This document shows, in pieces, positions 37,813 through 47,771 of a DNA stretch of 64,000 bases. The stretch is taken from contig JAXGPA010000002.1 of NCBI GenBank assembly GCA_040767195.1, forward strand, positions 96,001-160,000. Reading direction: 5' to 3'. Both the position numbers and the translations under genes were made by a program. Within the stretch, counting starts at the first letter, position 1; the number at the start of each line of letters is the position of its first letter. Origin of the DNA: Syntrophales bacterium. GTDB taxonomy: Bacteria > Desulfobacterota > Syntrophia > Syntrophales > UBA6807. A model generated the notes under the pieces. The model saw only the letters and a list, made by a program, of their open reading frames with translations. It searched no databases and was not told the origin of the DNA.

Positions 37813-38679
37813 ATGAAAGCGAAAGGATCCCTCAAAATCATAGCGGTCTTCTGCCTGCTGGCCCTATCCCTGGGGGGGATCGGGTGTGCCGACAAGTTCG
37901 CCACCCGCCTCGCCTCGCATGCCCTGGAAAAAAGCGCCGTCACCGAGGTGGACCCGTCCATGACCCTGTCCCAGGCCATGTCTGTCCAGAAGACCTACGT
38001 CGCGAAACTGGAGAAAGCCATGGGGCCCGTCGTGGGCTACAAGGCCGGCCTCACCAACGCCTCGGTGCAGAAAAGCTTCGGGGTCAACCAGCCTCTCCGG
38101 GGCACCCTTCTTGAAAAGATGCTTCTTCCCTCAGGAACGGTCCTGCCCGCCGATTTCGGCGTCCGGCCGCTCAGCGAGGGCGACCTCATCCTCCGGGTCA
38201 AGGACGACGGCATCAATGACGCCAAAACCGCCGAGGAAGCCCTGGGGCACATCGACGCCGCCATCCCCTTCATCGAGCTTCCCGATCTTCTTTACGGGAA
38301 AGACATCAAGATCAACGGCCCCCTTCTCGCCGCCGTCAACGTCGCGGCCCGGTACGGGGTCATGGGTGACCCCATCCCCGTGGAAGACACGCCCGACTGG
38401 TTTGACCGGCTGGCGTCCTTCAAGCTGGACATCCTCGATGAAAACGGAACGGTTCTCGCCACCGGGGAAGGAAAGAACGTGCTCGATCACCCCCTCAACG
38501 TCACCCTCTGGATCAAGGATTCCCTGAAAGCCGACGGCATCAGGCTGAAAAAGGGAGACCTCCTGTCCATGGGAACGATCACCAAGCTCATGCCCGCCAA
38601 AGCCGGCACCACCGTTAAAGCCCGTTACACGGGCCTCGACCCGGAGGGTCCCGTGGAAATCGAGGTGAGGTTCAAGTAA
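37813..38679 (+). CDS. 2-keto-4-pentenoate hydratase/FAH-family protein with a lipoprotein-type signal
   Basis: GYKAGLT...Q..FG...P..G.L, EGDL, IELPD, HPL....W and L..GDL.S.G motifs. N-terminal signal ends in GIGC. Confidence 0.82.
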   Translation: MKAKGSLKIIAVFCLLALSLGGIGCADKFATRLASHALEKSAVTEVDPSMTLSQAMSVQKTYVAKLEKAMGPVVGYKAGLTNASVQKSFGVNQPLRGTLLEKMLLPSGTVLPADFGVRPLSEGDLILRVKDDGINDAKTAEEALGHIDAAIPFIELPDLLYGKDIKINGPLLAAVNVAARYGVMGDPIPVEDTPDWFDRLASFKLDILDENGTVLATGEGKNVLDHPLNVTLWIKDSLKADGIRLKKGDLLSMGTITKLMPAKAGTTVKARYTGLDPEGPVEIEVRFK

Positions 38680-38706
38680 GACGCCCCGTCACCCGGGCGG
38701 GCCCCT

Positions 38707-40791
38707 TCAGGGGGCCTCGCCCGGTCCATTCAAGCCCGACAGGGCCCCACTGCGCTTACGGTCCCCGAGTTCCGCCAGCTTGCCCTTGTTCCAGCTCGAG
38801 ACACGGGAAAAATAGCCGGCGATCCGGGTAATGCCTTCCACGGCGCCTGAAGCGCAGAAAGGACAGGTTTCGACGAACCCCCGGGCCGTCCGGCCACAGG
38901 AAAAGCAGGTCGTGAAATCGGGGGAAAAGGTGAGCATCCGGGACTCGGTCTTCTCGAAGACTTCCCTGATGAAGAGCGCCAGGGCCTCGGTGGCGGGCCG
39001 TTCTTTTCCAAGCCAGACATGGGTCATGGTTCCGCCGTCCATGAAAGGGTGAAAGGCGCCCTCGAAGCGGACCCGGTCCATGGGGGAAACGGCGGCGGCC
39101 CCGTCGAGGCAGGTGGAATTGGTGTAATAGACGGCTCCCGTCGAAATGTCCCCCCTGACGTAGCGGCCCGACAGGGGTGAGAAGTGCTTCAGATCGAGGC
39201 GGGCGAACCGGTAGGCCGTGGTTTCCGCCGGGGACTGCACCAGGCCCAGGGGGATCCCGTGCCGTTTTGACGCCTCCACGGCCTTATCCCGCATAAAGGA
39301 GATCACCTCGAGGCCGAATGACCGGGCTGATTCGGATTCGTGGAGGCCCTGTCCCCGGTGGACCCGGCACAGTTCGTTGAGTCCCACCATGCCGATGAGA
39401 TAAAGCCCCTCGGCCCCGTTGACGAAAGGCCTCCCGTCGAGCCGCATGTCGAGGAGAGCCAGCGGCCCCTCGCTTTCCGACGAGAGAAGCCGGTCCATGA
39501 AGGCCCTCTTCTGGAGATGGGCACGGACAACGAGATCCAGGGTGTCGGACAAAAGGGCGAACAGCCGGGAATCGCCTCCCTCGGCCCGGTATCCCAGGCG
39601 GGGGAGGTTGATGGAGATGTTCTGAACGACCTCCCGGCGAAGCTGCCAGGCTTCCCCTTCCCGGTTCCCCTCTTCCCGCGCCGCCCCCAGGTAGCCGCTC
39701 TCGGAAAGATTCACGCCCCCCCGCCGGTCCAAGGAAAAGAGCGGGTTCCCCTTTTCGGCGGCCACATCACAGGCCCGGTGCAGAAAATGTTCATGGCCTG
39801 CCAGGCGGAAAAACCCTTCCGAAAGATGCACCACCGGCCGGGGAAAGACAAACGGCTGTCCCCGGGAGTCTCCCTCCAGAAACACGTCGAGAATGGCCGC
39901 GGCAAACCGGATGGCCTCGGGAAGATACGGCTCGTAAGTCTCTTCCGTCGTCGTTCCTCCCGGTCCGATGACCCGGGATTTTGCCAGGTGGGGCGGGACC
40001 GTCCCGTAAAGATGAATGTCCGTGAAGATCGTCTGCCCGCCCCGGGCCACCGCCTGCTGGGCGAACTCATAGACCAGCATCTGGGCCAGCTGCCGGATGT
40101 CCCGGTCTCCCAGTCCTTCCAGGTAAGGGGCGAACAGGAGGTTCACCCCGTCCCAGATGACGGCGCCGGAAAGGCTTCCCTGCAGGGCGGCGGAAAAGCG
40201 CATCATGTGCGCGATGAGAACTTCCCCGTGCTTTGCCGGGGAAGCCGAAGCCAGGGTATTGGGGAGGTTGAGGCCGAACTTTTTGATGTAGTCCAGGGTC
40301 TGGACCGTGCAGTAAGGCCTGTCGATGTAGCCAAGATTGTGGAGGTGAATGTCCCCGGCCATGTGGGCGTATCCCACTTCGGGGGAAAAGACCCGGAGGA
40401 CGGCAAATTCTTTCTTGATCCGTTCCGCCAGGGTCAGGTTCGTTCCCTCGGGGGTGTGGGGAATGTTGGCGTTCTCACGGTTCCGGAAAATGAGGATCTG
40501 TTCCACGTCGTGGACGGGGATACCGAGCCGGGCATGCATCTTGGTCGCCTTCTCGAGCCCCCTCTCGATAAGCCTCGCGTTGACGAGCTCGCGGACGAGA
40601 GAGGACGTGAGAAGACTCATCCCCGACGTGACGATCTGTTTTTCCACCTCCCGGCTGATGGCTTCCGCCGTGTCATCGTCGACGTTGGTCTCATCAAGAA
40701 GCGCCTCGACGATTTTCCGCCGGTCCCAGCTCACAATGTCTTCCCGGGAGGTTATGACGAAAAGGGCGATATCGGTCGTGTCAACGGTCAT
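38707..40791 (-). CDS. nrdD: Class III (anaerobic) ribonucleotide reductase large-subunit homologue with an atypical active site
   Basis: ATP-cone, RENAN, H..GDIH.H.L....RPYC, INLPR, PAE...YRFA, YYTNS, CxxC...CPxC and TRIAGY....WN.GK..E..DR motifs. Confidence 0.85.
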   Translation of the reverse strand: MTVDTTDIALFVITSREDIVSWDRRKIVEALLDETNVDDDTAEAISREVEKQIVTSGMSLLTSSLVRELVNARLIERGLEKATKMHARLGIPVHDVEQILIFRNRENANIPHTPEGTNLTLAERIKKEFAVLRVFSPEVGYAHMAGDIHLHNLGYIDRPYCTVQTLDYIKKFGLNLPNTLASASPAKHGEVLIAHMMRFSAALQGSLSGAVIWDGVNLLFAPYLEGLGDRDIRQLAQMLVYEFAQQAVARGGQTIFTDIHLYGTVPPHLAKSRVIGPGGTTTEETYEPYLPEAIRFAAAILDVFLEGDSRGQPFVFPRPVVHLSEGFFRLAGHEHFLHRACDVAAEKGNPLFSLDRRGGVNLSESGYLGAAREEGNREGEAWQLRREVVQNISINLPRLGYRAEGGDSRLFALLSDTLDLVVRAHLQKRAFMDRLLSSESEGPLALLDMRLDGRPFVNGAEGLYLIGMVGLNELCRVHRGQGLHESESARSFGLEVISFMRDKAVEASKRHGIPLGLVQSPAETTAYRFARLDLKHFSPLSGRYVRGDISTGAVYYTNSTCLDGAAAVSPMDRVRFEGAFHPFMDGGTMTHVWLGKERPATEALALFIREVFEKTESRMLTFSPDFTTCFSCGRTARGFVETCPFCASGAVEGITRIAGYFSRVSSWNKGKLAELGDRKRSGALSGLNGPGEAP

Positions 40792-40878
40792 TGAGGGACC
40801 TCCGCCGCTTGAGGGGACAGCCGACCATCCGTCTTGCACGACGCAGGAATACAGGATCGACCGTTAACGCCCCCTTCA

Positions 40879-42303
40879 TCAGATGTTCGTCCTCGATTTT
40901 CCGTATCCCCGGTTCAGGGCCTCTTCCGCCGCCCGGGCCAGTTCCCGGTCGTGATCGTGGCTCAGTGAAAAGACGCGGAAATGGACAACCCGGGAGGGGA
41001 TGAACCGGTAGATCTCCCCGAGGGGTTCCGGTGAAACGCTCTCCGTGGCGGGATTGTAAACGAGAATCCTCTTGTCTTCCTCCAGGACGGGATTCACCGG
41101 GCGGGGATCCTGGGCGGCCAGGTCCACCCTGAATTTCAAACGCTGGAGGGACCGGGGGAGGAACTTCCTGATCTGCCGCTCGTAGTCCCGGGCATCGGAA
41201 AAGCGGACGCCCCGCTGCACCTGGTCTATGGAAAGGTCGGCGGCATGGGACATTTTCCACTTGACCTCCCGCTGGTACAGTCTCGACCACTCCCGGGCAA
41301 GTTTCTTTTTCAGACCTTTCTCGCCCCCCCATCCTCGAACCTGTTCATAGAGGCTCCACTCGTCGCAGGACAGGTATGCGTCAAGGAGATCCAGGGGGTT
41401 TCCCGGAAGAAGGAGATCCATGGTGTCCCGGAAAAACTCCTGGAGATGGAGGTCCAGCGCCCGGGTCGTCCGGTGATAGTACACATTGGCGTAAAGGTTC
41501 AGCCGGGCGTTCAGGAACCGGGCCAGGACCGACGTGCCCGCCTGGTGCAGGGTCAGGCCCTCCCGGGTGAAAAAGGTGTAGTAGACGAGCCGCTCGATGT
41601 CGATCATGTCCATGGAGTAGCCCGTCATGTAGGCATCCCGCTGGACGTAATCGAGATTGTCCACGGTGTAAACGCCCGAAAAAAGGTTTCTCAGGAGCCG
41701 AAGCCAGAGCGGGTGCCTGTCCCCTTCCGGGGAGAGGGTCTCGGGACGCCGTATGAGATAGGCCACTTGTGACGGATCGAGAGACTCACCGGGGCCGAAC
41801 GGGCCCGACGGGCTTCTTCTTATCCCCCGGATCGTCCGGCCCAGCTTCCTGACAATGATTTCCTGGCCGAGCACTTCGTGGGTCAGACCGTAACGGTCAA
41901 GAAAATGATCGTCGAAAAAGTGGCCGAACGGACCGTGACCCACATCGTGGAGAAGCCCCGCCACGCGGAGCAGCTCTTCCACGTGCGGCTCCGACGGCAG
42001 GGTCGGGCAGACCTCCCGGAGGCTCTCGTAGAGGTGGCGGCCGAACACGCCGGCCAGGTGCATGGTGCCCAGGACGTGCTGAAACCGGGTGTGCTCCGCG
42101 GCGGGATAGACCCAGCGGGCGCTCTGCAGCTGGTGGATCCGCCTGAGCCGCTGGACCCACGGGGAATCGATGAGGTCCTTTTCCGTTTTTTCCCGAACGC
42201 CGTCCTCCCCCGGAATGGTAAAGGAGATGTACCGGTGGATGGGATCGGCCATGAGGGCCTTCCCCTGGTAAGCTTTCCCGATCCTGTTACCGAATCGTTT
42301 CAT
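40879..42303 (-). CDS. HD-domain phosphohydrolase (SAMHD1/dNTP triphosphohydrolase-like)
   Basis: DPIH, QRLRRI.QL, HTRF.H.LG, LLHDVGHGPF.H, D.LDY..RD and VY.H motifs. Confidence 0.88.
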   Translation of the reverse strand: MKRFGNRIGKAYQGKALMADPIHRYISFTIPGEDGVREKTEKDLIDSPWVQRLRRIHQLQSARWVYPAAEHTRFQHVLGTMHLAGVFGRHLYESLREVCPTLPSEPHVEELLRVAGLLHDVGHGPFGHFFDDHFLDRYGLTHEVLGQEIIVRKLGRTIRGIRRSPSGPFGPGESLDPSQVAYLIRRPETLSPEGDRHPLWLRLLRNLFSGVYTVDNLDYVQRDAYMTGYSMDMIDIERLVYYTFFTREGLTLHQAGTSVLARFLNARLNLYANVYYHRTTRALDLHLQEFFRDTMDLLLPGNPLDLLDAYLSCDEWSLYEQVRGWGGEKGLKKKLAREWSRLYQREVKWKMSHAADLSIDQVQRGVRFSDARDYERQIRKFLPRSLQRLKFRVDLAAQDPRPVNPVLEEDKRILVYNPATESVSPEPLGEIYRFIPSRVVHFRVFSLSHDHDRELARAAEEALNRGYGKSRTNI

Positions 42304-42461
42304 GATACCATGACTACCTAAAATCGGCGGAAAGATCAACGGCTCTTCTGAAAAGAAGAGCGAAAACGGCGGCCCGGGGGCGGGAAAAGGCAAGAAAACG
42401 GCTTGAAAATTTCAGGAAAACGCTGTATGGAATCGGCAGTTCCCCCGAAAGGAGAATACCC

Positions 42462-42965
42462 ATGAAAATACTGGTGACGTATCTGTCTCAGACGGGCAAC
42501 ACGGAAAAAGTGGCCCGGGCGATTTACGATTCCATCGGGTTCACCAAGGAGATCCTTCCCCTCCAGGAAGCCGGGGCACCGGAGGGGTACGACCTGGTGT
42601 TCGTCGGTTTCCCCGTGCAGGCCAACAGCGTCCCGCCCAAGGTACAGCCCTTCATCAAGGGGCTTCCCAAAAATCAGCCCGTGGCTTTTTTCCACACCCA
42701 CGGATCCCTCAGGGGAAGCGAACTGGCGCGGACGGGCCTCGAAAACGCCGTCTCCCTGGCGGCCCAATGCAAGGTCCTGGGAACCTTCGCCTGCCAGGGC
42801 AAGGTCAAGCCCTCCCTCATCGAAGCGCTTCTGAACAAGCCGGAACACAAGAAATGGTGCGAGGAGGCCCAGTCCGCGGACGGTCACCCCGATGAGGCGG
42901 ACCTCGCCGACGCCCGGGAATTCGCCGCCGACATGACGTCCAGGGCGACGGCCCTCAAGCGCTGA
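42462..42965 (+). CDS. Flavodoxin family protein
   Basis: Y.SQTGNT.KVA.AI, F.CQG and HPD..DL..A..F motifs. RBS AAGGAG. Confidence 0.88.
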   Translation: MKILVTYLSQTGNTEKVARAIYDSIGFTKEILPLQEAGAPEGYDLVFVGFPVQANSVPPKVQPFIKGLPKNQPVAFFHTHGSLRGSELARTGLENAVSLAAQCKVLGTFACQGKVKPSLIEALLNKPEHKKWCEEAQSADGHPDEADLADAREFAADMTSRATALKR

Positions 42966-43051
42966 AGGTCCCATGAAAAAACCGCCCGCAAACAGGCCGT
43001 CCTCGGGACGGCGGCGAGGGTGGGGCGGTCGAAAACCGTGAGAATCCCTAT

Positions 43052-43090
43052 CCCCCCTTTTTTCTGCCGTGAAAAAAGGGGGGTTTTTCA
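43052..43090. terminator. Stem-loop between convergent genes
   Basis: CCCCCCTTTTTTC-TGCCGT-GAAAAAAGGGGGG followed by TTTTT. Confidence 0.6.
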
Positions 43091-43096
43091 TCCCCC

Positions 43097-44500
43097 TCAG
43101 GGAACCTCATCGTCGGGAAAAATCTTCCCGGGGTTCAAAATCCCCCCGGGGTCCAGGAGATTCCGGATTTCCTTCTGAATGCGAATGCTCACCGGCGACA
43201 GCTCGAGAGTCAGAAACCGTTTTTTCGCCAGGCCGATGCCGTGTTCCCCTGAAATGGTTCCCCCCATGGAAATCACCTTTTCCAGGATTCTCCGGATCCC
43301 CTCATCGATCCGGTCCCGGTGGTCCCGACACTCCGCCGTGATGATGAGGTGGATGTTTCCGTCCCCGGCATGACCGAAGGCGTAGATCCGCATGCCGTGC
43401 GCCTTTTCGAAATCGGGAAGCTCCGTTACGAATTCGGCGATTCTCCCGATGGGGACGGCGATGTCCTCGGGAACGTGAACCTTCGCGTGATGCTCGATCC
43501 GGAGGGCCACTTCACGACGGATTTCCCAGAGCCGGGCCCGCTTCAGGGAATCCGGCGCCAGGAGAATGTCGCCTGCCCCTTTCTCGGCGCAGATTTCACC
43601 CATCTCCTCGATCTCCCGGGAAATGAAATCCGGGTGGCCGTCCGTTTCCAAAAGGAGGAAGGCCCCCGCTTTTCTGGCGTCGGGAAAGGGAAGGAGATCC
43701 CCCACGAGCTCCAGGCAGGGCCGGTCGAGAAACTCGACGGCCGACGGGAGATAGCCCCGGACCAGGACAGCCTGGACCGCTTCCATGACGGCGGACAGGC
43801 CAGGGAAAAAAGCCACCGCGGTGGCGACGGCCCGGGGACGGGGAAGGAGGCGGAGAATCAGCTTGGTGATGATACCCAGGGTTCCCTCGGAACCCACGAG
43901 AAGATGGACGAGGTCGTATCCCACGACCCCCTTCCGGGTCCGGACGCCGGCCTGGACGATCTCACCGGTAGGAAGAACCGCTTCCAGACCCAGGACGTAA
44001 TCCCGGGTCGTCCCGTATTTGACGCAGGAGGTCCCGCCGGCATTGGTGGCCGCGTTCCCCCCGATGGAGCAGGTGTCCACGCTGGCCGGGTCGGGAGGGT
44101 AAAAAAGGCCCCGACGCCAGGCGGCCTCTTTCAGGTCTTTCGTGACGACCCCCGGTTCCACGACGGCGATGAGGTTTTCCTCCTCCAGGGAAAGAATCCG
44201 GTTCATTTTCGACAGGGACAGGACGACGCCGCCGCGGGACGCCACGGCCCCGCCGGCCAGGCCTGTTCCCAGCCCCCGGGGCGTGACGGGAAAACGATGG
44301 CCGTTGGCCAGCCGGAGAATCGCCCCGATTTCCTCCGCTGAAACCGCTTCCAGGACCAGGTCGGGATAAAAGGACCCCTCACCGGCATCCCGGGAGAAGG
44401 GTTCGAGCCGTTCCCGGTCACGGATGACTCTCTCCGGAGGGATGACCCGGCGGATCTCTTGTACCGCCGTTTCTGTGAGAGGTGAAAAGACTTTCGTCAT
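43097..44500 (-). CDS. FAD-linked 2-hydroxyacid oxidoreductase (GlcD/D-lactate dehydrogenase family)
   Basis: PRG.GTGL.GG, YPPDPAS, IGGN.ATNAGG, GSEGTLG, GHAGDGN.H and SGEHGIG motifs. Confidence 0.92.
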   Translation of the reverse strand: MTKVFSPLTETAVQEIRRVIPPERVIRDRERLEPFSRDAGEGSFYPDLVLEAVSAEEIGAILRLANGHRFPVTPRGLGTGLAGGAVASRGGVVLSLSKMNRILSLEEENLIAVVEPGVVTKDLKEAAWRRGLFYPPDPASVDTCSIGGNAATNAGGTSCVKYGTTRDYVLGLEAVLPTGEIVQAGVRTRKGVVGYDLVHLLVGSEGTLGIITKLILRLLPRPRAVATAVAFFPGLSAVMEAVQAVLVRGYLPSAVEFLDRPCLELVGDLLPFPDARKAGAFLLLETDGHPDFISREIEEMGEICAEKGAGDILLAPDSLKRARLWEIRREVALRIEHHAKVHVPEDIAVPIGRIAEFVTELPDFEKAHGMRIYAFGHAGDGNIHLIITAECRDHRDRIDEGIRRILEKVISMGGTISGEHGIGLAKKRFLTLELSPVSIRIQKEIRNLLDPGGILNPGKIFPDDEVP

Positions 44501-44506
44501 GTATGC

Positions 44507-45181
44507 TCAGAGCCCGTAATGCTGGAACCCGGGTAACCGGAACCGGGATTCCAGGTGGTGAAGCCCCCAGGCGGCCAGGGAGGTCAGGACGAGGTAGACG
44601 GCCCCAACGATCATGAATATTTCCGTATACTTGAATGTTTCCGAGGCGATGATCTTCCCCTGGCCGGTGAGTTCGATGCAGGTGATCATGTAAGCCAGGG
44701 AAGAGTACTTGATGAGGTAGACGATTTCATTGCCGCAGCCGGGAAGGGCCCTTCGAAAGGCCTGGGGCAGGACGACGGACCAGATCATCTGGATCTTGGA
44801 AAAACCCAGGGCCTGGGCGGCCAGCATCTGGCCTTTCTTGATGGAAAGAAGGGCGCCCCGGACATACTCGGAGTGATAGGCCCCGCTGCACAGTGAAAAG
44901 GCGATGACCGATGCGCCGTAGGGGGAAAAATAGATACCGATGTGGGGGAGTCCGAAATACCAGATGAAAAGCTGAACCACCAGGGGAAACCCCCGGAAAA
45001 GAGCCACATAGGTGTTGGCCAGGGCGGAAACGAAGGGATTTCCGAAGACCCGGAGAACCCCGACGAAAACACCGATGACGAGCCCGAAAAGGGCGGAGGG
45101 TACGATGAGACGGCAGCTCACCAGAAGGCCCTTCCACAGGGCCGGCGCCACTTCGTTCTGAAGGAAAAAAAGCTCTTCCAC
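44507..45181 (-). CDS. Amino-acid ABC permease
   Basis: FRG.PL.VQL, AY.SE..RG...I..GQ..AA.ALG and LPQA motifs. Confidence 0.92.
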   Translation of the reverse strand: MEELFFLQNEVAPALWKGLLVSCRLIVPSALFGLVIGVFVGVLRVFGNPFVSALANTYVALFRGFPLVVQLFIWYFGLPHIGIYFSPYGASVIAFSLCSGAYHSEYVRGALLSIKKGQMLAAQALGFSKIQMIWSVVLPQAFRRALPGCGNEIVYLIKYSSLAYMITCIELTGQGKIIASETFKYTEIFMIVGAVYLVLTSLAAWGLHHLESRFRLPGFQHYGL

Positions 45182-45949
45182 TTACCGGGACTCCCCGTAT
45201 ATCTCGGCGATCTTCATAAAAAATTCCCGGGTGCGCTGGCATTCCGCCTGGGCGAAGAGTTTTTTCGGCGGCCCCGCCTCCACGATGATGCCGTTTTCCA
45301 TGAAGAGGATCTCATCGGCCATTTCGCCGGCGAAGCTGATCTGGTGGGTGGACATGATCATGGTCATGCCGTTCGACCGGAGGTCCCGGATGACCGCGAG
45401 GACCTCGGAAATGAGTTCGGGATCGAGGGCCGACGTGGGCTCGTCGAGAAGCATCACCTCCGGGTCCATGGCCAGGGCCCGGGCGATGGACACCCGCTGT
45501 TTCTGGCCCCCGGAAAGCTGGGCCGGGTATTTTTCCACGTGGTCCCCGAGGCCGACCCGGTCCAGTTCGGCGGAGGCACGGACGCGGGCTTCGTCCCGGC
45601 TCATCTTCTTGACCCGGACCAGGGCGATCTCCACGTTCCCGAGGGCCGTCAGGTGATCGAAGAGATTGAAGTCCTGGAAAATCATCCCCACTTTCTGCCG
45701 ATAGTTGTAAAGATCCCGTTTGCGGCTGTAGAGAACCTCCCGGCCGTCCAGGAAAACCCTGCCGGCGTTCGGCTTGACGAGGAAGTTGATGCATTGGAGA
45801 AGGGTGCTTTTCCCCCCCCCGGAAGGACCGATGAGAATTTTGAGTTCCCCCTCCCGTATGGAAAACGAGGCGTCCTTCAACACTTCCTTGTCTCCGTAGC
45901 GTTTCGTCAGCTTTTCGACTTGGAGAATGATCTTTTTCTCGTTCATCAT
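45182..45949 (-). CDS. Amino-acid ABC ATP-binding protein
   Basis: GPSGGGKS, LSGGQKQR and [10 protein letters not shown] motifs. Confidence 0.95.
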   Translation of the reverse strand: MMNEKKIILQVEKLTKRYGDKEVLKDASFSIREGELKILIGPSGGGKSTLLQCINFLVKPNAGRVFLDGREVLYSRKRDLYNYRQKVGMIFQDFNLFDHLTALGNVEIALVRVKKMSRDEARVRASAELDRVGLGDHVEKYPAQLSGGQKQRVSIARALAMDPEVMLLDEPTSALDPELISEVLAVIRDLRSNGMTMIMSTHQISFAGEMADEILFMENGIIVEAGPPKKLFAQAECQRTREFFMKIAEIYGESR

Positions 45950-45962
45950 ATCTTTCCGGTCC

Positions 45963-46634
45963 CTACCGCTGGGAATACCCGGGAATCCTTACCCGGTCCT
46001 CGAGAAAACGCAGGGCCCTCGTTCCGCCGTAGGTCAGGATCAGGAAAATGACCCCGGCGGTGAAATAAAGGGGCAGGTGCTCATAGGTCCGGGAGGCGAC
46101 GAAGTGGGCCCGCGCCATGACCTCCATGACACCCAGGGCGTAGGACACGGCGGTGTCCTTCAACACGATGGAGTATTCGTTGGACCAGCCGGGAACGGAC
46201 AGGCGGAAGGCCTGGGGCAGAATAATGAAAAAGATGGACTCGAAATGGCTCATTCCCAGGGCCTTGGCCGCTTTCATCTGGCCTTCCGGCAGGGAGAGGA
46301 TGGAGCCCCGGAGGATTTGAGACTGGTAGGCGGCGCTGATGAGGCCGAGAACGACAACGGAGGCGGTAAAGGCGGAAATGTTGATGCGGAATAACGTGAA
46401 GAGACCGAAATAAAAGAGAAACAAAAGGACAAGGAGGGGGACGCCCCGGAAAAACCAGACGTAGACAAACACGAGCCGCCGAACCCAGGGGGAACCGTAA
46501 ACCTGTCCGATCGCCAGGGCGGTCCCGACCAAGAGGCCGAGCCCCAGGGCACCCGCCACCAGCCCCAGTGTGACGAGAGAGCCCTGGAGGAGATAGGGCA
46601 GGGCTTCCCGTATGGCGGTTACGCTTTCCATCAT
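45963..46634 (-). CDS. Amino-acid ABC permease
   Basis: FRGVPLLV, GQ..AA.ALGMS and LPQA motifs. Confidence 0.92.
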   Translation of the reverse strand: MMESVTAIREALPYLLQGSLVTLGLVAGALGLGLLVGTALAIGQVYGSPWVRRLVFVYVWFFRGVPLLVLLFLFYFGLFTLFRINISAFTASVVVLGLISAAYQSQILRGSILSLPEGQMKAAKALGMSHFESIFFIILPQAFRLSVPGWSNEYSIVLKDTAVSYALGVMEVMARAHFVASRTYEHLPLYFTAGVIFLILTYGGTRALRFLEDRVRIPGYSQR

Positions 46635-46764
46635 GTGAATCGGCCCGCCTTTCGGGAAACGTTACCGGGGAGTGCCATGGAGGCGCCTTTGAAAAGAGGG
46701 GAGGCATCGAACCGGTGCCGATGCCTCCCGAAAACGATAAAACCTGAAAGACGGAACAGGAGCC

Positions 46765-47526
46765 TTACTTCAGGTCGTACTCGGTCATGAGCTTTTCCCA
46801 GTACGGGGAAGCCATGAGCCTCTTCAGACCTTCGTTCAGCTTTCCCAGAAGTTCCGTGTCTTCCTTGCGGACGGCGTAGCCGAAGTCTTCCTGTTCCATA
46901 CCGAACTGGCCGACGATCTTCACGGGTTTTTTCTTGACAGCGTCTTTGGCCGGGGCGTCATCCATGGCGGCGGCCACGATCCGCCCATTCACCACGTCCT
47001 CCACGGCCAGGGGTGCGGAATCATAATACACGAGCTGGAAATTCTTTCCCGCCTTCTTGATCAGGTTCTCTTCGATCCACTTGGCCTCCGTCGTTCCCCG
47101 CTGGACACCCACCTTGTTCCCCTTGGAGAGGAGCTGGTCCACCGACAGGAGGCTGTCCTTGGGAGCCACGAGAACCTGGGCAATGACCCAGTAGGGCATG
47201 GTAAAGTTCACCTGTTCCCGCCGTTTGTCCGTGATGCTCATCCCCGAGGCGATCATGTCGATTTTCTTCGCTTTCAGGCTCGGAATGATGCCGTCCCAGT
47301 CCATGGGCTGGTGCTTCACCTTGAATCCCATTTCCCTGGCGATCCAGTCCACCGATTTCACGTCAAACCCATCAGGGTTGCCGTTTTTGTCCACATAGGC
47401 AAAAGGCGGGAAATTGGCGTCGATCCCGTTGATGTAAACCTTCTCCGCCGCCAGGGCCCCGCTGAAGCCCGCAAACACCAGGATGGCCGAAACAACGAAT
47501 ACCGAAAGAATCCCCTTTTTCCACAT
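46765..47526 (-). CDS. Basic/polar amino-acid ABC substrate-binding protein
   Basis: FPPF...D..G...GFD, WDGIIP.L...KID and M.IT..R motifs. RBS AAAGGAG. Confidence 0.92.
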   Translation of the reverse strand: MWKKGILSVFVVSAILVFAGFSGALAAEKVYINGIDANFPPFAYVDKNGNPDGFDVKSVDWIAREMGFKVKHQPMDWDGIIPSLKAKKIDMIASGMSITDKRREQVNFTMPYWVIAQVLVAPKDSLLSVDQLLSKGNKVGVQRGTTEAKWIEENLIKKAGKNFQLVYYDSAPLAVEDVVNGRIVAAAMDDAPAKDAVKKKPVKIVGQFGMEQEDFGYAVRKEDTELLGKLNEGLKRLMASPYWEKLMTEYDLK

Positions 47527-47771
47527 GTTCCTTGATCTCCTTTCTCTACCGTAACCCCGGTTCGATCTCTCTTCTCTCTCCCGCCCGCCGTCAACGAGGG
47601 GCAAACGCTCGAAAATTCTAAAAGCTTTTTTTACCGGCGGTTTCGTGGAAAGCCCTCGGCGGGACGCCCGGACCGCAAAAAACAAGGCGTGCCGGACGAT
47701 GTACCGGCATGCCGGGGGATGTCGGGCACTGTCGCGCGCAAGGACCTGTGACAAAGCCGTCAAGCCGTTGG

